From NCBI GenBank assembly GCA_905178155.1, contig CAJINV010000006.1, positions 3,844,130-3,908,129 of the forward strand: DNA of 64,000 nt, in the 5' to 3' direction. The DNA comes from Amoebophrya sp. A120. Taxonomy: Eukaryota > Protista > Dinoflagellata. The position numbers were made by a program, and so were the translations under genes. The notes under the pieces were generated by a model. It saw only the letters and a program-made list of their open reading frames with translations. It ran no database searches and was not told the origin of the DNA. Shown here piece by piece: positions 63,401-64,000 of the stretch (positions are counted from its first letter, which is position 1; the number at the start of each line of letters is the position of its first letter).

Positions 63401-63920
63401 AACCTTCTCTGTGAAGATGATCCAAGTTATGGCACTAGTACCGTAGAACTTTGAAAGCAACGAGTTCGCTCCTCAGACAGAACGAGGTCAACAAAATCAA
63501 AATTCTAAAAATCGAGACGTGGAACAAGAGCAAGGTAGTTGTCGGACGAGGAAAATCATGAAGGAAAGAGCAACAACTCCACAGAACGATTATAATGTAC
63601 GTTTGGTACCTGGGCATGAGCATGACTGAGCAGGCACGACGGACATAAAAGGAAAACGAAACGACAACGACTTGAACGACAGGACGATTACCTACGATCT
63701 ACAGAGCGCCAACAAGCAACCTGCATATAATCTGCGAACTTCGACGGATAGTGAAAAAACCAAAAAAAAACGCTGTGCGAGCGACGAGGAAAATATGGCT
63801 ACAACATCGTGGCCTCTTCCTACCAGAAGTTATGCTTCTGGAGATGAAGCACTCATCGGTCGTTTACAAGAACTTCGTCCGCTATAATGTTGAGTTTCTG
63901 ATTTCAGAGTCGGCGTTCGC
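63401..63920 (+). repeat. Diverged direct duplicate of 58455-58970 (region upstream of the SWEET-like gene)
   Basis: Collinear shared blocks include AACCTTCTCTGTGAAGAT, CAGACAGAACGAGGTC, CAACTCCACAGAACGAT, TGAACGACAGGACGATTAC, TACGATCTACAGAGCGCCAACAAGCAACC and TGGCCTCTTCCTACCAG. Confidence 0.9.
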
Positions 63921-64000
63921 GTTATGGGTCGTGTTCCAATGTGAAGAAAGCATCTCCTTTCATAGTTTTGTCTTCTTGGGCAATTGTAGTTGCGGCGCTT

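Overview
Eukaryotic genomic DNA. Its architecture matches what is published for the parasitic dinoflagellate Amoebophrya (Syndiales); this assignment is inferred from structure alone. All credible genes lie on the minus strand: an IQ-like-motif protein (<1-9465), a WCPPC thioredoxin/nucleoredoxin-like protein, sphingosine-1-phosphate lyase, a small membrane protein, an ALY/REF-like RRM protein, a ~23.5-kb FN3-domain gene, a SWEET-like transporter and a small repeat-rich ORF. About 76 non-canonical introns, mostly inside these genes, are MITE-like 'introner' elements of at least 7 TIR families. They have TAT...ATA ends and a 5-bp target-site duplication, and removing element plus one duplication restored the reading frame at every junction I translated. 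Beyond the known introner phenomenon, four things stand out. (1) The families share a terminal grammar and an internal TGTNATGC motif. (2) A 3.5-kb TIR element with the same terminal grammar and a 5-bp TSD is nested inside an introner. (3) A 3-kb patchwork upstream of the thioredoxin gene is built from fragments of a diverged copy of the neighbouring genes, with mostly synonymous differences and reciprocal filled/empty introner sites. (4) Two hairpin-bearing inserts are flanked by unusually long direct repeats. Coordinates were counted by hand and may be off by a base or two. No RNA genes or CRISPR arrays were recognised.
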